64,000 nucleotides of DNA from Takakia lepidozioides (taxonomy: Eukaryota > Plantae > Bryophyta). A program made the translations under genes and the position numbers. The notes below the pieces were generated by a model, which was not told the DNA's origin, ran no database searches, and saw nothing but the letters and a program-made list of their open reading frames with translations. This document shows positions 63,001 through 64,000 of the stretch, piece by piece. The stretch is from positions 5,828,001 through 5,892,000 of the forward strand of contig CM060732.1 of NCBI GenBank assembly GCA_030704615.1, in the 5' to 3' direction. Numbering within the stretch: position 1 is the first letter of the stretch; every line of letters starts with the position of its first letter.

Positions 63001-63955
63001 TCTATTGTCCAGCTGTTGAGAGCAATGCACCTGCTTTCCAGCAGGAGACTGCCAAAGCAAAAGCTGCCGCTCAAATTGCTCCCAGCAGCAAGAAAGCTCT
63101 GGAGTATCATGATATACTTGAAGGCATGTGCTGGGCTCCCTTTGGACATTTTGGAATGAATTTAGTTGTTCACCCCAAAATTATCATCTTTACCTGTTCA
63201 CTGGGTGAGAGGTGCTGTTAGGTTGGCCCTTTTTCTAGACGCTGTGGAATTGACTGTACTTGCACACACCTGCAATCTCTCTCTCTCTCTCTCTCTCAGG
63301 TTCCGCTCAAACTGAGCGCGGGGTCAATGGCCACAAGGCTGCGGCAAACAACGTCTTATGAGTACATTCTCTCTCTCTCTGCCCTGTTCACTGGAAATGA
63401 TCAGTGAGTGCATTCTCTTTTCCCTCTCCCAATCTTTGTCATAGGCTTCCAGCTTGAGGCATTTTGTCTCAGGTCGACACTTGAAAATGTCTTTCATTCT
63501 TCTCTTTCTCTTTCTCTCTCTCTCACACACAATCTTGAGGCTGAGCCTTCAGCCCTGGCCCTCTTGGGTTCTAATTACTGGGCAGCTCACACACAGCAAG
63601 TTGATGCTTGTGTGAAGGGCTTTCTAGAGGGTTAAACCCTTACTAATTGTCTATATCAAGGTAAGTCACACTACGAGAGTGAGCCCCTCACAAAGGTTGT
63701 TTCTATTCCCTTTTGTTCTGCCCAAACTGGGCGCAGGGTGTATGGCCACAAGGCTACAGCAAGCACCGGCTTGAGATTACTTTCTCTCCCTCACACACAC
63801 GACAGCAAGCTTGCATTGCATTTGCACTTACGCTGGTGGAGGGATGGTTTTGAACAGAGGAAATGATACGAGGATTGCAGCAGGTGAGTTGGCGCAAAGT
63901 CGATGTGAGCTTCCATTCAGCTCTATGGCCATATCTGGCTCACAATCACATACAT
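57054..63955 (+). CDS. DUF676 putative serine esterase/lipase (alpha/beta hydrolase), 3' end beyond window. Exons 57054-57190, 57533-57600, 58177-58247, 58675-58953, 61159-61322, 61753-61808, 62324-62376, 62955-63123, 63858-63955
   Basis: Spliced frame reads HLLVLVHGILSSPSDW...GIDLAGKRLADEV...ISFVAHSLGGL (nucleophile elbow)...NFITLASPHLG...GRTGRQLFL...YANVSYDHMVGWRTSSIRR...EEMIRGL...WRKVDVSF; start codon uncertain. Confidence 0.92.
59150..61060 (+). mobile_element. 5'-truncated, decayed LINE (RT plus C-terminal Cys/His region) in intron 4
   Basis: IPFCWRQGVIV...KKGD...NY.GITL; GVAQGCTLSPLLFNVFI; LMFADDF; YTYLGV; RPALEYAS.VW; CPLCGQPEDNVHFL. Confidence 0.9.
61809..62323 (+). other. U12-type (minor spliceosome) GT-AG intron
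   Basis: Donor GTATCCTC; branch-like TCCTTGA 14-20 nt before the AG; no polypyrimidine tract; splicing restores YD-H-MVGW. Confidence 0.75.
63300..63790 (+). mobile_element. Two short 3'-end fragments of the same LINE family in intron 8
   Basis: 63303-63372 and about 63530-63790 align with 60800-61060 (gcgcggggtcaatggccac...ggcaaacaacgtctta.gagtacattct). Confidence 0.8.
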
Positions 63956-64000
63956 GTAAGTCATCTCCGTTTACTTTCTTCCCCGGGTGAAGATTTGTTG

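Overview
Eukaryotic, TE-dense land-plant DNA (bryophyte-like by inference from the host gene and TE lineages). About 56 kb is nested, mostly decayed mobile DNA: chromoviral and non-chromoviral Ty3/Gypsy LTR elements, CACTA fragments, two MULE/SWIM transposases, MITEs and LINE pieces. The window ends in a spliced DUF676 alpha/beta-hydrolase gene (57054 onward, 3' end outside the window) with one U12-type and one GC-AG intron. Two things stand out. (1) Between about 6.3-19.5 kb and 32-34 kb lie six diverged non-coding units (complete ones 1.6-2 kb). They share two structured domains with compensatory base changes and strand-specific G-U pairs. Each is preceded by a cluster of TCATCC-N5-GGATGA palindromes, and several are separated by a conserved inverted-repeat junction. 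This is a candidate undescribed structured-RNA cassette array next to CACTA genes. (2) A Gypsy-type gag-protease ORF runs directly into a C5 cytosine DNA methyltransferase domain (51.0-54.2 kb, minus strand). All alignments, folds and counts were done by eye, and coordinates of degenerate features are approximate.
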